The position numbers and the translations under genes are program-made. DNA of 64,000 nucleotides from an uncultured Pseudomonadales bacterium (lineage in GTDB: Bacteria; Pseudomonadota; Gammaproteobacteria; Pseudomonadales; JAHEIH01). Position 1 is the first letter of the stretch. The number at the start of each line of letters is the position of its first letter. The notes under the pieces were generated by a model. It saw only the letters and a program-made list of their open reading frames with translations, was not told the origin of the DNA and searched no databases. Shown piece by piece: positions 1 through 10,515 of this stretch. Location: positions 371,247-435,246 of the forward strand of contig CAZRAM010000001.1 in assembly GCA_964598145.1 (NCBI GenBank), written 5' to 3'.

Positions 1-449
1 ACCACGATCAAACCAGTCATCAAGAATCCACCCATGAACGAGAAGTCCTTGCGGGTGGTCAGGGCGTAAGCCGACAAGCTAAGGAAGATAATCGCCGTAC
101 CGCCTAGGGCTTGCATGACGATCTGAGGGCCATTAGCCATTGCCAGGTAAGCATTCAGCATGGGGCCCAACGAGGCGCCCAACAGACCGGTGAACACGAA
201 AATAGCGGGTAGGCCTTTGCTGCTGTCAGCGGTGGCGTTTACCACAAACAACATACCGAAAGCGGCTAGGGTCATGAAAAGAGCCACACCTTGGCTCAAG
301 CCCACGGCCATAGAAACACCGGCGGCGATAGCGCTGGTGAACAAGGTCATACTCAACAACCAGTAGGTGTTTCGCAAAACTTTGTTAATCTCAACACCAG
401 AGCGAGCAGATGTGGTTGAATAACTGCTGGTGAGCGGATTGTGTTGCAT
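1..449 (-). CDS. Bax inhibitor-1/YccA family inner-membrane protein (N-terminal part; 3' end lies beyond the left edge)
   Basis: Reverse-strand translation from the ATG at 449-447 gives MQHNPLTSSYSTTSARSGVEINKVLRNTYWLLSMTLFTSAIAAG... This has the NKVLRNTY motif and multi-TM pattern typical of BI-1/YccA. A GGAG RBS lies about 8 nt upstream. The frame stays open to position 1. Confidence 0.8.
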   Translation of the reverse strand, partial: MQHNPLTSSYSTTSARSGVEINKVLRNTYWLLSMTLFTSAIAAGVSMAVGLSQGVALFMTLAAFGMLFVVNATADSSKGLPAIFVFTGLLGASLGPMLNAYLAMANGPQIVMQALGGTAIIFLSLSAYALTTRKDFSFMGGFLMTGLIV

Positions 450-548
450 AACGAACTCCATTTATTAAGAATCACTACGATAATATAGGCATATACGGCA
501 AAATCAAGGTCAGCGGATGCGATTCTTTCTCATTTACGTATAAAAATT

Positions 549-788
549 ATGAATAAAGAAGAACTGGAAAAATTACTCGACCGCGGGCCCGATAAAGACC
601 CCAACAAAGCCACCGATTTACGCGGCAAGGCCTTGCTGCGGGCGCGTGACGATAAAACACCGCGTACCATGACACCCTACGAGTGGCTGGACTACTACGA
701 AACCCACGGCATTCCCCACGAACACCAGCAGCGAGTACCTCAAAGAAGCCTTTGGCAGCGTTTCAAAGGACTTTTTGGTAAGAATTAA
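549..788 (+). CDS. hypothetical small hydrophilic protein (79 aa)
   Basis: ORF only, with no recognisable motif. Its stop overlaps the stop of the convergent DUF3429 gene by 4 nt. Confidence 0.3.
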   Translation: MNKEELEKLLDRGPDKDPNKATDLRGKALLRARDDKTPRTMTPYEWLDYYETHGIPHEHQQRVPQRSLWQRFKGLFGKN

Positions 789-1231
789 ACCACCAGCTGA
801 CTGGCCATCAATAACACGCCGGCTACGGAGAAGCTCAGCTTACGTCGCATTTCAGCGTATTCATGGGGCATGTGCGGCAGGGTCAAGCGGCTATCAATGC
901 CATAACAGGCCAAGTAGAGCAGGGCGCTCGCCAGTAAGTAGGTCTCGGCGGGCAGCAACAACAAAAGCCACACGACCAAACTAGGCAGCACCGAATAGGT
1001 CAGCAGGGTCTTGCGCTGGCCATGGCTGTATTGCTCGCTCGTCAACGCGATACCCCAGTTGAGCCCACCGACAAAGGTAATAATCACCGCGGTGTAAAAC
1101 ACCAACAGCTGCTGAGCTAGCGCGTGCCAACGACCTTCGTCGTCGAGCATCAACAGCGCGGCCAGCAAGGCCACGAAGGGCAGCAGTCCGCCAAATCCCA
1201 GTTTCTTAATATGGGGCATCAATTCATTCAT
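785..1231 (-). CDS. DUF3429-like integral membrane protein
   Basis: 148 aa with 4-5 hydrophobic helices. The pattern GFGGLLPF...FVGGLNWG resembles the DUF3429 family. Confidence 0.5.
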   Translation of the reverse strand: MNELMPHIKKLGFGGLLPFVALLAALLMLDDEGRWHALAQQLLVFYTAVIITFVGGLNWGIALTSEQYSHGQRKTLLTYSVLPSLVVWLLLLLPAETYLLASALLYLACYGIDSRLTLPHMPHEYAEMRRKLSFSVAGVLLMASQLVV

Positions 1232-1239
1232 GAGAACTC

Positions 1240-1911
1240 CTAAAGGCGGTTACTGCCGGTGGCACAAGCGAGTATTCGACTGAGATGGCAAAAGGGCAGC
1301 TCGGTTTCTTGCTGCCAGGCGTTAAATTGCTGCTGAATCTTATTGAGATCGCGCTTACTGCTGGGGTTATCTGGTATATCCAGGCCTGCCTCTTGTAGGC
1401 CACGGACCACATCACCTGTGAGTACAAAGCTATCCTTGCCCGCACTGCGCAAAAACCACTGCCCAGTATTGCCGCCCAGGCGGGCCCCGTGCTTTTTCAA
1501 ATAGGCCAACAAGCCTACGATGTCGTCGGCTGGCCAGTCCGCCAAAAAGGCGCCAAAGCTGCCGTGCTGCCGTGCCACATCTAAAACAAAAACGGTGTTG
1601 TCGTACACGGCTTTGATCTTTTGACTGTGCCGCACCACGCGTTTGTCGTTCATGTAGGCATCCCACTGATCGGGCGACAGCATAGCTAAGATGTTGGGCT
1701 TAAAGCCGTGAAAGGCCTCTTCGAATTGGGGCCATTTATTGCTGATAACCTTCCAGTTAAAGCCAGCGTTGTTGATGACCCGGCACATCTTACTTAGGTA
1801 GCGGTCATCGCTCTGAGCGAGCAACTCTTCGCGGCTGGCGAAGTGGGGTAGTAGGTCATCGAGGCGACCCTTGCGCTGTATAGCGCGTTGTTGGATGGGG
1901 GCAAAGCTCAT
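1240..1911 (-). CDS. DNA-3-methyladenine glycosylase I (Tag)-like family protein
   Basis: The central region NNAGFNWKVISNKWPQFEEAFHGFKPNILAMLS...VVRHSQKIKAV parallels the E. coli Tag pattern AGLSW...F..FDP..VA.M...IIRHRGKI.A. Confidence 0.5.
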   Translation of the reverse strand: MSFAPIQQRAIQRKGRLDDLLPHFASREELLAQSDDRYLSKMCRVINNAGFNWKVISNKWPQFEEAFHGFKPNILAMLSPDQWDAYMNDKRVVRHSQKIKAVYDNTVFVLDVARQHGSFGAFLADWPADDIVGLLAYLKKHGARLGGNTGQWFLRSAGKDSFVLTGDVVRGLQEAGLDIPDNPSSKRDLNKIQQQFNAWQQETELPFCHLSRILACATGSNRL

Positions 1912-1977
1912 GCGTGTCTCACGGCGTCTGTCACAATGTATTTGTCATGCATTGTACGTTGCCAACGCGATGCGGGA

Positions 1978-2364
1978 CTAGTCGTGTAAACCTTGTAGGG
2001 CTTGCAATAGCTCGTCGGGTTGCAGGGGTTTACTCACCACCAGGGGCAGGGCACGGTGCTCGCTACCCTTGTGAGCGGTATGGTCACCACTAAAGCCGAT
2101 TATAGGGCACTCAAGACCTGCGTGGCGCAATGCACTGGCAAGTTCTGTACCGTTGAGGCCAGGCATATGAAGATCACAAATAACGAGATCAACAAAAGCG
2201 GCGTTGTTTCGACAAAAACGCAGTGCTTGCTCAGCATTATCAAAGGTCGACACCTCGGCACCGAGACTCTCTAGCAGGCTGGCCGTTACCATCAGGCAGA
2301 TGTCCTCGTCATCAACAACAAGGACATGCTTTTGGTTTAAATGCGCGCGTAGGGGGTCGTTCAT
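1978..2364 (-). CDS. single-domain response regulator (receiver only)
   Basis: 128 aa with VVDDED acidic pocket, phospho-acceptor context VICDLHMPGLNG and a conserved K in VSKP. The ATGA start/stop overlap with the upstream kinase suggests translational coupling. Confidence 0.8.
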   Translation of the reverse strand: MNDPLRAHLNQKHVLVVDDEDICLMVTASLLESLGAEVSTFDNAEQALRFCRNNAAFVDLVICDLHMPGLNGTELASALRHAGLECPIIGFSGDHTAHKGSEHRALPLVVSKPLQPDELLQALQGLHD

Positions 2365-4670
2365 ACCACAGATTTATCTGAGTTAAGATTTATGCGCGGC
2401 AGGGGGTCCAAATATTTTTCAAGTACACTAATACACAGCAAAATTTCCAAAGGCTTAGCCAAATAGTCGTCCATGCCGGCTTTTTGAGCCTGTGAAAAAT
2501 CTGACTCGTAGGCGTTACCGCTAAGCCCGATTATCGGCTTTTCAAACCCAAGTTCACGCAATATGCGTGTGACTTGTAGACCATCCAAATCAGGCATTTG
2601 AATGTCGCATAGCAGGGCGTCGATATCCGCCATGTGGTTGTGACAGTATTCAATGGCTTGGTGGGGACTGTTAAAGGTAGTGACACGAGCACCGTATTGC
2701 TGCAAAAGAATGCGCGACACCTCATTGTTAGTATCTACATCGTCGAGCACCACAATATGGCGTTGCCGCAAGGCCTGTTCGGCCAATTTCCGATTGATAA
2801 CATCGTCACTCGGCTCTGCTGACTCAGAAAGCATTAGATTAAGGTTAAAAACAAATGTCGATCCTTCACCTTCAACAGAGATAAGCGAAAGCGTCCCGCC
2901 CATTTGCTCGGCAAGTTTATGAGAGATGGCCAAGCCCAAACCAGACCCGCCATGGCGACGCGTATTACTGTCGTCGACTTGTTTAAAACGCTCAAACACA
3001 GTTTGTTGAAGCGAAGCAGGGATGCCAATGCCGGAATCTTGCACGGTAAATGACAAACGGGTGGTGTTATCAGCCTGAGATTGCGCGTTTACCGCAAAAA
3101 CGATACGACCACTGTCAGTAAATTTCAGCGCATTACTTATTAAGTTGAGTAACACTTGCTTGATGCGTTTGGCATCACCCACTACAAAGTGCGGCAGATC
3201 GTCTACAAGCTCAATAATGGGGGTTATGGGTCGGTCTTTACAGCCAAGCGTCAGGGCGTTGGCGGTCATATCGAGTATGGATCGTAAATCAAAAGGCTGA
3301 CACACAATGTGAAGCGAATCATCGTCTAACTTACTGATATCTAGCACATCGTTAATAAGTGATAACAAATGTTGGGCGCTGTCTTGTGAAATATCTAAAT
3401 AACGTTTTGTCTGTGTGTTACAAGGTCCGGCCAAGATGATCTGGTTGACCCCCATAATCGCGTTGAGTGGTGTGCGTAACTCATGGGACATGTTGGCAAT
3501 AAAGCGCTGTGTGGCATGCATTGCGGATTCAACGTTGCGCTTTTCCTGCTCTAATTGCTCTGTGCGAAGCGTAACCTGAAAGGCCAGGTCTTGGGCGCGG
3601 TGTGTCGTTAAGCGAACAATATATGCTAATAAGACGCTTAGAATGATCCCAAAACTAACGGTGGGTAGGATACTTTGACGTGGCACCAGGTTTTCAAAAT
3701 CGGGTGTCGGTTGATAGAAAATTTGGAAGTCACGCCAAGTATGCTGCAAACGAAGATCATCGGTGAGTACACAGGGGACTTCACCTTCACCCGCGGTGAA
3801 AGCGTAAACACAGCGGTTGTTAGCATCAATAAAAGCCATGTTGATATGTTTAGGAGCGTGATATCTAGCAGTGTGCGCGTCAAGTGCGTTTACCATATTG
3901 GGGAGATATATACTCGAGTAAGCAACTAGACCATCAATATGGTCAAGCTTGAGGTACGTAAGCAGCGCTAAATTTGTCTGTAAATTGTTGCTGTTTTCAA
4001 CCAATTGCAGCGAAGGCGTAAAGGCGAAGTCGGCAGATTCCATGGCTTGAAGAATCGTTGGGTAGGTAATCGGGTCTGAACTACTATCGAAGCCCAGCGC
4101 GTCAGTATTATCGATTGATTTTGAATAAATAACTAACCAATGTTCACTTGGATCTACTTCGCTTGTACGAGTTAAGGCCTTTAATTTGAAATCAGGGTAA
4201 TGCGTTTTCAATGTGGCAATTGTGGCCAGCAGATCCTCAGGGAGCACACGCTTGGTTATCCCAAAAGAGTACAAGCCCGGAAATTCTGTTTCTATATCAC
4301 GTTTACTTATGTAGGTATCAAGCACATTAATAATTTGCGATAAATTATGCTCGGGCTCAACGGTGTGAGAAGCCAGCATGGCGTTGATTGAATTTAAGAA
4401 GCGATCCGATGGCGCTACCAGGTCAATAAACTCATAATGACGTTCAGCTGCAATTTCATCAAAAAAACTTGGACGCAGCGTTTCATTCAAACTTATCGTC
4501 CGCCAAGCAAAAAGCGCGGTGAGAAGAAATCCAAGCAGCAGGGTCATTACACACCAGCGGCATTTTATAGCAGTCAAAAAATGGGATAGGGCCTTAGGCA
4601 TTGGCGTCATCACTTTTAATTTTTTGTAATCGTAGCTTGAATCCCGAATTTTGCAACAAATGTGTGACAT
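2361..4670 (-). CDS. hybrid sensor histidine kinase (periplasmic sensor domain, HisKA, HATPase_c, C-terminal receiver)
   Basis: H-box FIANMSHELRTPLNAIMG; N/G boxes NLISNALKFT, DSGIGI, GGSGLGLAIS; C-terminal REC with LLCDIQMPDLDG. Two TM segments flank a domain of about 280 aa. Confidence 0.85.
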   Translation of the reverse strand: MSHICCKIRDSSYDYKKLKVMTPMPKALSHFLTAIKCRWCVMTLLLGFLLTALFAWRTISLNETLRPSFFDEIAAERHYEFIDLVAPSDRFLNSINAMLASHTVEPEHNLSQIINVLDTYISKRDIETEFPGLYSFGITKRVLPEDLLATIATLKTHYPDFKLKALTRTSEVDPSEHWLVIYSKSIDNTDALGFDSSSDPITYPTILQAMESADFAFTPSLQLVENSNNLQTNLALLTYLKLDHIDGLVAYSSIYLPNMVNALDAHTARYHAPKHINMAFIDANNRCVYAFTAGEGEVPCVLTDDLRLQHTWRDFQIFYQPTPDFENLVPRQSILPTVSFGIILSVLLAYIVRLTTHRAQDLAFQVTLRTEQLEQEKRNVESAMHATQRFIANMSHELRTPLNAIMGVNQIILAGPCNTQTKRYLDISQDSAQHLLSLINDVLDISKLDDDSLHIVCQPFDLRSILDMTANALTLGCKDRPITPIIELVDDLPHFVVGDAKRIKQVLLNLISNALKFTDSGRIVFAVNAQSQADNTTRLSFTVQDSGIGIPASLQQTVFERFKQVDDSNTRRHGGSGLGLAISHKLAEQMGGTLSLISVEGEGSTFVFNLNLMLSESAEPSDDVINRKLAEQALRQRHIVVLDDVDTNNEVSRILLQQYGARVTTFNSPHQAIEYCHNHMADIDALLCDIQMPDLDGLQVTRILRELGFEKPIIGLSGNAYESDFSQAQKAGMDDYLAKPLEILLCISVLEKYLDPLPRINLNSDKSVV

Positions 4671-4860
4671 ATGTTCGAAATTAATCTAACAGTCTATAAA
4701 AGGAAATACTCAATAATTTAACATAATATACATTATGCGCAATTATGTATGTGAGTAAGGAAAAGATAGGGATTTTGAAAAAGCCGTCTTTTTTGAAATT
4801 TAGGGATAATCCCCCACACAACATCTCAGATTTCAAAAAATGGCCCTTTTTTGAAAAACG

Positions 4861-7515
4861 CTATTGCCGGCGCTGCCGAAGCCACCATTTTTCGATTTCT
4901 ACACTGAATAATACTGAACTTGCTACCGCCGTAGATTGCAGCCAATCCAATGGGCTGATCGGCGCCGTTCCAAACAAAGCTTGCATGCTGTTGCTATACG
5001 TCAGCATTAATTGCAGCGCTACCAAAACAGCAATCGCCCACCAGACATAGACGTTGCCGAACAATCCCGCTTTGGTAAACGCCGGTGCCAACAATCGTCG
5101 TGAATTAAAAAGATAAAAAATTTCGAACATCACTAAGGTATTCACCGCGGCGCTGCGCGCAATCGCTACGTCGCCGTGCTGCGCCATATTCCAAGAATAA
5201 ATGGCAAAGGTACCCAGCATCATTAACACGCCGACAAAAATCACTCGCCACAATAAAAAGCTATCTAACAAGCTTGCCTCGGCGGCCCGCGGTGGTCGTT
5301 GCATGACATATGGTTCTGGCGGCTCAAACGCTAATGCTAGCGCCAGTGTGACCGCTGTAACCATGTTGACCCAAAGGATTAATACCGGCGTTAGCGGCAA
5401 ATGTTCCAAACCAAGAATAATCGCCGCCATAATAACCAGCGCTTCACCCACGCTAGTCGGTAAGATAAATACGAAGGATTTTCGAATATTGTCGTAAATC
5501 GTTCTACCTTCGCTCACGGCGCGCGAAATGGTGGCAAAATTGTCGTCTACCAACACCATATCAGCGGCATCTTTCGCCGCCTCGGTACCTACCTTGCCCA
5601 TGGCCGTACCAACATCCGCACGTCTCAGTGCCGGTGCATCGTTGACGCCGTCGCCCGTCATGGCGACCACATGCCCAAGCGATTGCAATGCCTCAACTAG
5701 GCGTAATTTGTGTTGTGGATCGACCCGTGCAAACACATCCACGCGCTCTACAAAGGTGATTAAATCAGATTCAGAAAGCTGGCTAAGCTCCTGACCTGTC
5801 ATCACTTTTTCAGTATTTTTCAGGCCTAACTGGCGACCAATAGCCAGCGCTGTAGTAGCGTGATCACCGGTGATCATCTTGACGTTGATACCGGCGTTAC
5901 GACAGTCGTGGATGGCATGGATAGCTTCCTCGCGAGGAGGATCGATGAAACCGATTAATCCGAGCAAGGTAAAGCCGCCTTCCACATCGGCAAAGGTCAA
6001 CGAATTCATCGTTATCTTGCCAGTTTTTTGTGCAATGGCCAGCACGCGCAATCCTTCACTGGCCATTCTTTCAACCTTGTCCAACCAGGCTTGCGTAGAT
6101 GACGACTGACAGCGAGCCAAGACGGCTTCAGGGGCGCCCTTTAAAAAAATAACCCCTTCACCGCGGTGGTCATGGTGAAGCGTGGCCATAAATTTGTGGG
6201 CTGTATCAAACGGTATCAGGTCTTGCCGTGGCCATTGTTTGACCAGCAACTGACTGTCGTGGCCAATTTTGTGAGCGGCGACCAACATGGCACCTTCCAT
6301 CGGATCGCCCTGCACTTGCCACATTCCATTGGCGCAGATTAATGCTGCATCATTACACAGGGCGCCCGCTAACAGCAGACGCTCGACCTCAGTAGCTTGC
6401 GCGGGCGTCAACGCGCCTTGTGGGCTCTCTATCTGCCCGTGGGGGTCGTAGCCCACGCCGCTAATATTGTAGTTGTTGTCGTTGCATAGTATACGGGTAA
6501 GGGTCATTTCATTACGGGTCAAGGTGCCGGTTTTATCGGTACAGATAACGGTCACTTCCCCGAGGGTTTCCACCGCGGGTAGACGCCGAACGATGGCGTT
6601 TCGCGCCGCCATTCTTTGCACGCCCACCGCTAGGGTAATGGTAATGATCGCCGGTAAACTCTCGGGAATCGCCGCCACAGCAAGGCTCACCGCCGCCAAA
6701 AACATCGCCGCAAGGCTGTATTGCCAGAAAAAGATACCAATCAACGACGTTAGCAGCGCGACCACCAGCGTGATGACGGTTAACCGCCCTGCAAAGGCAT
6801 CCATTTGTTGGATGAGTGGTGTCGAAAGCGGCGCCACACTGGCTACCAAGCGGCTGATGGCACCTATTTCGGTATCTAGCCCGGTTGCAACAACCACCCC
6901 GCTCCCCTGCCCCTGTGTCACGGTGGTTCCCGAATACGCCATGCAGCGGCGGTCGGCGAGGACGCTGTCTTCTACCACCGGCTCGATTTGCTTGTCGATG
7001 GGGCTAGACTCCCCGGTCAGCGCTGACTCTTGGATTTTGAGGCTTTTACAACTGATCAAGCGCAGGTCCGCGGGGACTTTATCTCCGGCTTGTAGTAGTA
7101 CTATGTCCCCCGGTACCAGTTGTGTGGCGTCGATGCTTTGCTGTTGGCCGCGAAATACCATCGCCTGGGGTGATAGCATGGCCTTGATTGACGCGAGTGC
7201 ATCGACGGCTTTTCCCTCCTGGATAAAGCCGATCAACGCGTTTAACAACACAACCCCCACAATCACGCTGGCGTCGGTCCATTCCCCTAACACCGCGGCA
7301 ATACCTGCTGAGCCGAGTAGCATATAAATTAAGACATTATTGAATTGCCGCAAAAAACGCCTGATAGGACCTTCTAGTTTAGGCGGGGGAAGCAGATTTA
7401 AACCGTATTGCTGCTGGCGGCGGGTAATTTCAGGCGCGGCAAGGCCAACACGGGCATCGCTTTGAAGATCCTCTACTACCTGCTGAGGCGTTTGGCTGTA
7501 ACTAGGCTTGATCAA
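4861..7515 (-). CDS. cation-transporting P-type ATPase (P2-type, Ca2+/Mg2+-like)
   Basis: 884 aa with TGES, the phosphorylation motif CTDKTGTLT, the hinge MTGDGVNDAPAL and about 10 TM helices. Confidence 0.9.
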   Translation of the reverse strand: MIKPSYSQTPQQVVEDLQSDARVGLAAPEITRRQQQYGLNLLPPPKLEGPIRRFLRQFNNVLIYMLLGSAGIAAVLGEWTDASVIVGVVLLNALIGFIQEGKAVDALASIKAMLSPQAMVFRGQQQSIDATQLVPGDIVLLQAGDKVPADLRLISCKSLKIQESALTGESSPIDKQIEPVVEDSVLADRRCMAYSGTTVTQGQGSGVVVATGLDTEIGAISRLVASVAPLSTPLIQQMDAFAGRLTVITLVVALLTSLIGIFFWQYSLAAMFLAAVSLAVAAIPESLPAIITITLAVGVQRMAARNAIVRRLPAVETLGEVTVICTDKTGTLTRNEMTLTRILCNDNNYNISGVGYDPHGQIESPQGALTPAQATEVERLLLAGALCNDAALICANGMWQVQGDPMEGAMLVAAHKIGHDSQLLVKQWPRQDLIPFDTAHKFMATLHHDHRGEGVIFLKGAPEAVLARCQSSSTQAWLDKVERMASEGLRVLAIAQKTGKITMNSLTFADVEGGFTLLGLIGFIDPPREEAIHAIHDCRNAGINVKMITGDHATTALAIGRQLGLKNTEKVMTGQELSQLSESDLITFVERVDVFARVDPQHKLRLVEALQSLGHVVAMTGDGVNDAPALRRADVGTAMGKVGTEAAKDAADMVLVDDNFATISRAVSEGRTIYDNIRKSFVFILPTSVGEALVIMAAIILGLEHLPLTPVLILWVNMVTAVTLALALAFEPPEPYVMQRPPRAAEASLLDSFLLWRVIFVGVLMMLGTFAIYSWNMAQHGDVAIARSAAVNTLVMFEIFYLFNSRRLLAPAFTKAGLFGNVYVWWAIAVLVALQLMLTYSNSMQALFGTAPISPLDWLQSTAVASSVLFSVEIEKWWLRQRRQ

Positions 7516-7724
7516 TGACGCTTTCCTCGTTTGTACATTAAGGATAGTTCAGGTCGAAATTTCATCCGCATCAAAGTTCGAATCTATCGAATTTTTTTCC
7601 TCTGCGCGTGTCTCGGGCTTGCGGCGATTGGCAGTGCCGCTAATCCCGCTATTTTTTAGGGGTTTTGCTTGGCAAATACCCACGCTTGAGGCTATGTTAT
7701 GGCTTTGTTATCCGAGAGTGTTAC

Positions 7725-8726
7725 ATGGCCAATATCAACGATGTCGCCCGCCTCGCTGACGTATCTATCGCGTCGGTGTCGCGCTTTTTTAGTAAGCCGG
7801 AATTGCTTTCCAAGAAGGCGCACGCGCGAATATCCGCGGCGGTGGATGAACTGAATTACCACCCTAATGCCCTCGCCCGCAATCTACTGCGCTCGCGCTC
7901 AGGCAATGTTATGGTGTTGGTCAACGACATTACCAACCCCTTTATCTCGCAGGTGATTACCGAGGCCGACAAGGCCGCGCAAGCCCGCGGTTACTCGGTG
8001 TTGTTGGGTATTACCCACCACTGCGCCGACACCGAAGAAAAATATATCGATCAAATTCGCTCCAAGGTTGCCGATGGCTTTTTGCAATTGAGCGCCACCG
8101 AGCGTCCTATGCAACTGGCGCGGGAAAAGAACATCCCCTACGTCAATCTACTGGAGTGCCCCCGCGATCAGGACTTGCCCAGCGTGCAGATCGACAATGT
8201 CGCTGCCGCCTTCGACATGACCTCCATGTTGATCGCTCAAGGCCATCGCGATATCGCCTGTTTGAAGGGAGAATTCAGTGACGACTACCCTAGCCCAGTA
8301 ACCACCGATCGCGTTGAGGGTTTTTGCCAGGCGTTGGCCGCGCACAACATTACCGTCAACCCGCAGTGGATGCTGCAGGGAGACTACAGCCCAGCCTCTG
8401 GGGTGGCGGCGGCACAGCGTCTTTTGGCCATGGTGCATCGCCCCAGTGCGGTGTTTTGCGCCAATGATTACATGGCGTTTGGTTTGATCCGCGGCTTGAA
8501 AGATGCCGGCTTAAACGTGCCTGCTGATATAGCCGTCACCGGCTTTGACGACGTTGATATCGCGCAGTACAACAATCCACCGCTGACGACGGTCTCCCAA
8601 CCCATCAAACAGTTGGGTTGGACCGCGATGGATATGTTGATTGATATCATCGAGGGTGAAGACATAGAACAACCGAGGCGGCGTTTAGCGCATAAATTGG
8701 TCTCGCGACAGAGCACTGCAAAATAA
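7725..8726 (+). CDS. LacI family transcriptional regulator
   Basis: N-terminal HTH MANINDVARLADVSIASVSRF followed by a sugar-binding core. I prefer the ATG at 7725 over the ORF-track start at 7665 because the HTH starts there. Confidence 0.85.
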   Translation: MANINDVARLADVSIASVSRFFSKPELLSKKAHARISAAVDELNYHPNALARNLLRSRSGNVMVLVNDITNPFISQVITEADKAAQARGYSVLLGITHHCADTEEKYIDQIRSKVADGFLQLSATERPMQLAREKNIPYVNLLECPRDQDLPSVQIDNVAAAFDMTSMLIAQGHRDIACLKGEFSDDYPSPVTTDRVEGFCQALAAHNITVNPQWMLQGDYSPASGVAAAQRLLAMVHRPSAVFCANDYMAFGLIRGLKDAGLNVPADIAVTGFDDVDIAQYNNPPLTTVSQPIKQLGWTAMDMLIDIIEGEDIEQPRRRLAHKLVSRQSTAK

Positions 8727-8727
8727 T

Positions 8728-8741
8728 TGAAACCGATTGCA
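8728..8741. promoter_or_regulatory. candidate LacI-family operator (TGAAACCGATTGCA)
   Basis: Imperfect 14-bp dyad (10/14 self-complementary) of the TGnAAnCGnTTnCA type. It sits between the lacI-family gene and the GMC oxidoreductase gene. Confidence 0.25.
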
Positions 8742-8826
8742 TTAAGGGCTTTTAATTGCGACTGAAAAGCTTTACATTGCTCCAATAATGCAAAAACAAT
8801 AACCAATCACATCGAGAGGGAAGCAA

Positions 8827-10515
8827 ATGTCTGATAAATACACCTATGACGCCATTGTGGTGGGGTCAGGTATCAGCGGTGGCTGGGCAGCGAAAGAACT
8901 GACCGAAAAAGGCCTCAAAGTTTTGATGCTGGAGCGTGGTAAGAACATCGAGCACGTCAAGGACTACATCAACGCGCACAAAGGGCCCTGGGAATACCCC
9001 CATCACGGCCGTCCTACTCGCGAAATGAAAGAGAACGAGCCTGTGTTGCGCCGTGACTACCCTCTTAACGAGCGCACCTGGGGAACCTGGGCAAGCCACC
9101 AGGAATCACCCTATGTTGAAAAAGAGCGCTTTGATTGGTACCGCGCCTACAACGTCGGCGGTCGTTCCTTGCTGTGGGGCCGTCAGAGCTACCGTTTGAA
9201 CCGTGAAGATTTTATGGCTAATGCCAAAGAAGGTATCGGTACTGACTGGCCCATTCGCTATGAAGACTTGGCGGATTGGTACAGCTACGTGGAAAAGTTT
9301 GCCGGTATCTGTGGCTCTCGCGAAGGTTTGGATGTCATTCCCGATAGCGAGTTCCTGCCGCCCATGCCGCTCAACGTGGTGGAAAAAGATATCGCCGCCC
9401 GAATCAAGAAAGAATACGGCGGCACGCGCCACCTGATTATTGGCCGTACCGCGCATTTGACCGAGTCGCGCCCTGAACAGAATCGCGTGCAATGCCAATA
9501 CCGTGCGCGCTGCTGGTTGGGCTGCCCCTACGGTGGTTACTTCAGCACCCAATCTGCCACCCTGCCCGCTGCGATGGCGACCGGCAACCTGACACTGCGC
9601 CCCTTCTCTATCGTGAAAGAACTGATTTACGACAAAGACAGCAAGCGCGTGACCGGTGTGGAAGTATTAGATGCCGAAACAAACCAAACCTACGTCTTCA
9701 AGAGCAAGATTGTGTTCCTGAATGCCTCGGCCTTGAACTCTACCTGGGTGTTGATGAACTCCGCTAACGATATTTGGGAAGGCGGCTTAGGCAGCAGTTC
9801 GGGCGAACTTGGCCACAACCTGATGGACCACCACTTCCGCGTTGGCGCGGCGGGTGAGATCGAAGGTTACGAGGATAAATACACCTACGGTCGTCGCCCA
9901 ACCGGCTTCTACGTGCCCCGCTTCGTGAACTGGGGTGATGACAAGCGTGACTACCTGCGCGGCTTTGGCTATCAAGGCAGTGCGAATCGCCAAGGTGTCT
10001 ACCGTGACAACGCAGAGATGGGCATTGGCGCTGAATTAAAAGACGCCATTACTGAGCCCGGCCCATGGCGCATTTCAGCCACCGCGTTTGGCGAGGTATT
10101 ACCCGACCACCGCAACCGCATCTATCTGAACCGCGAGGTGAAGGATAAGTGGGGGCTGCCGGTACTGGAATTCGACGCCAAAATTCGCGACAACGAATAC
10201 AAAATGCGCAAAGACATGGCCAATGAAATGGCGGAAATGTTCGAGCGCTCGGGCGTCAAAAATGTCACCACCTACGACAACGACTACGCCCTCGGCATGG
10301 GTATCCACGAAATGGGTACGGCCCGCATGGGTCGCGATCCCAAGTCATCGGTACTCAACGCGCACAACCAAGTGTGGGATGCCCCCAACGTCTTCGTGAC
10401 CGACGGTGCAGCCATGACCTCTGCCTCGTGCGTGAACCCCTCATTGACCTACATGGCGTTGACCGCGCGCGCGGCCGACTTTGCCGTTGAAGAATTGAAG
10501 CGAGGTAACATCTAA
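8827..10515 (+). CDS. GMC family FAD-dependent oxidoreductase (gluconate 2-dehydrogenase / glycoside 3-dehydrogenase-like flavoprotein subunit)
   Basis: N-terminal Rossmann motif YDAIVVGSGISGGWAAKEL and C-terminal GMC region HEMGTARMG...NVFVTDGA. No signal peptide of its own. Confidence 0.85.
   Translation: MSDKYTYDAIVVGSGISGGWAAKELTEKGLKVLMLERGKNIEHVKDYINAHKGPWEYPHHGRPTREMKENEPVLRRDYPLNERTWGTWASHQESPYVEKERFDWYRAYNVGGRSLLWGRQSYRLNREDFMANAKEGIGTDWPIRYEDLADWYSYVEKFAGICGSREGLDVIPDSEFLPPMPLNVVEKDIAARIKKEYGGTRHLIIGRTAHLTESRPEQNRVQCQYRARCWLGCPYGGYFSTQSATLPAAMATGNLTLRPFSIVKELIYDKDSKRVTGVEVLDAETNQTYVFKSKIVFLNASALNSTWVLMNSANDIWEGGLGSSSGELGHNLMDHHFRVGAAGEIEGYEDKYTYGRRPTGFYVPRFVNWGDDKRDYLRGFGYQGSANRQGVYRDNAEMGIGAELKDAITEPGPWRISATAFGEVLPDHRNRIYLNREVKDKWGLPVLEFDAKIRDNEYKMRKDMANEMAEMFERSGVKNVTTYDNDYALGMGIHEMGTARMGRDPKSSVLNAHNQVWDAPNVFVTDGAAMTSASCVNPSLTYMALTARAADFAVEELKRGNI

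Noticed and set aside
160-366. 68-aa plus-strand ORF at the left edge
   Set aside because: It is antisense to the well-supported BI-1/YccA coding sequence.
4671-4860. AT-rich 190-bp spacer with A/T-only hairpins (e.g. TCAAAAAA-TGGCCC-TTTTTTGA) as a possible sRNA or terminator
   Set aside because: The stems are purely A/T and weak. The region is adequately explained as the ATPase terminator and kinase promoter region, with no further structure to support an RNA gene.
6473-7327. 284-aa plus-strand ORF (and similar long antisense ORFs at 22513-23263, 61236-61889, 35782-36213)
   Set aside because: They are antisense or out of frame within strongly supported genes (P-type ATPase, czcC, usp, mltD). 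Their products are low-complexity Ala/Arg/Ser/Pro-rich, as is typical of GC-biased shadow ORFs.
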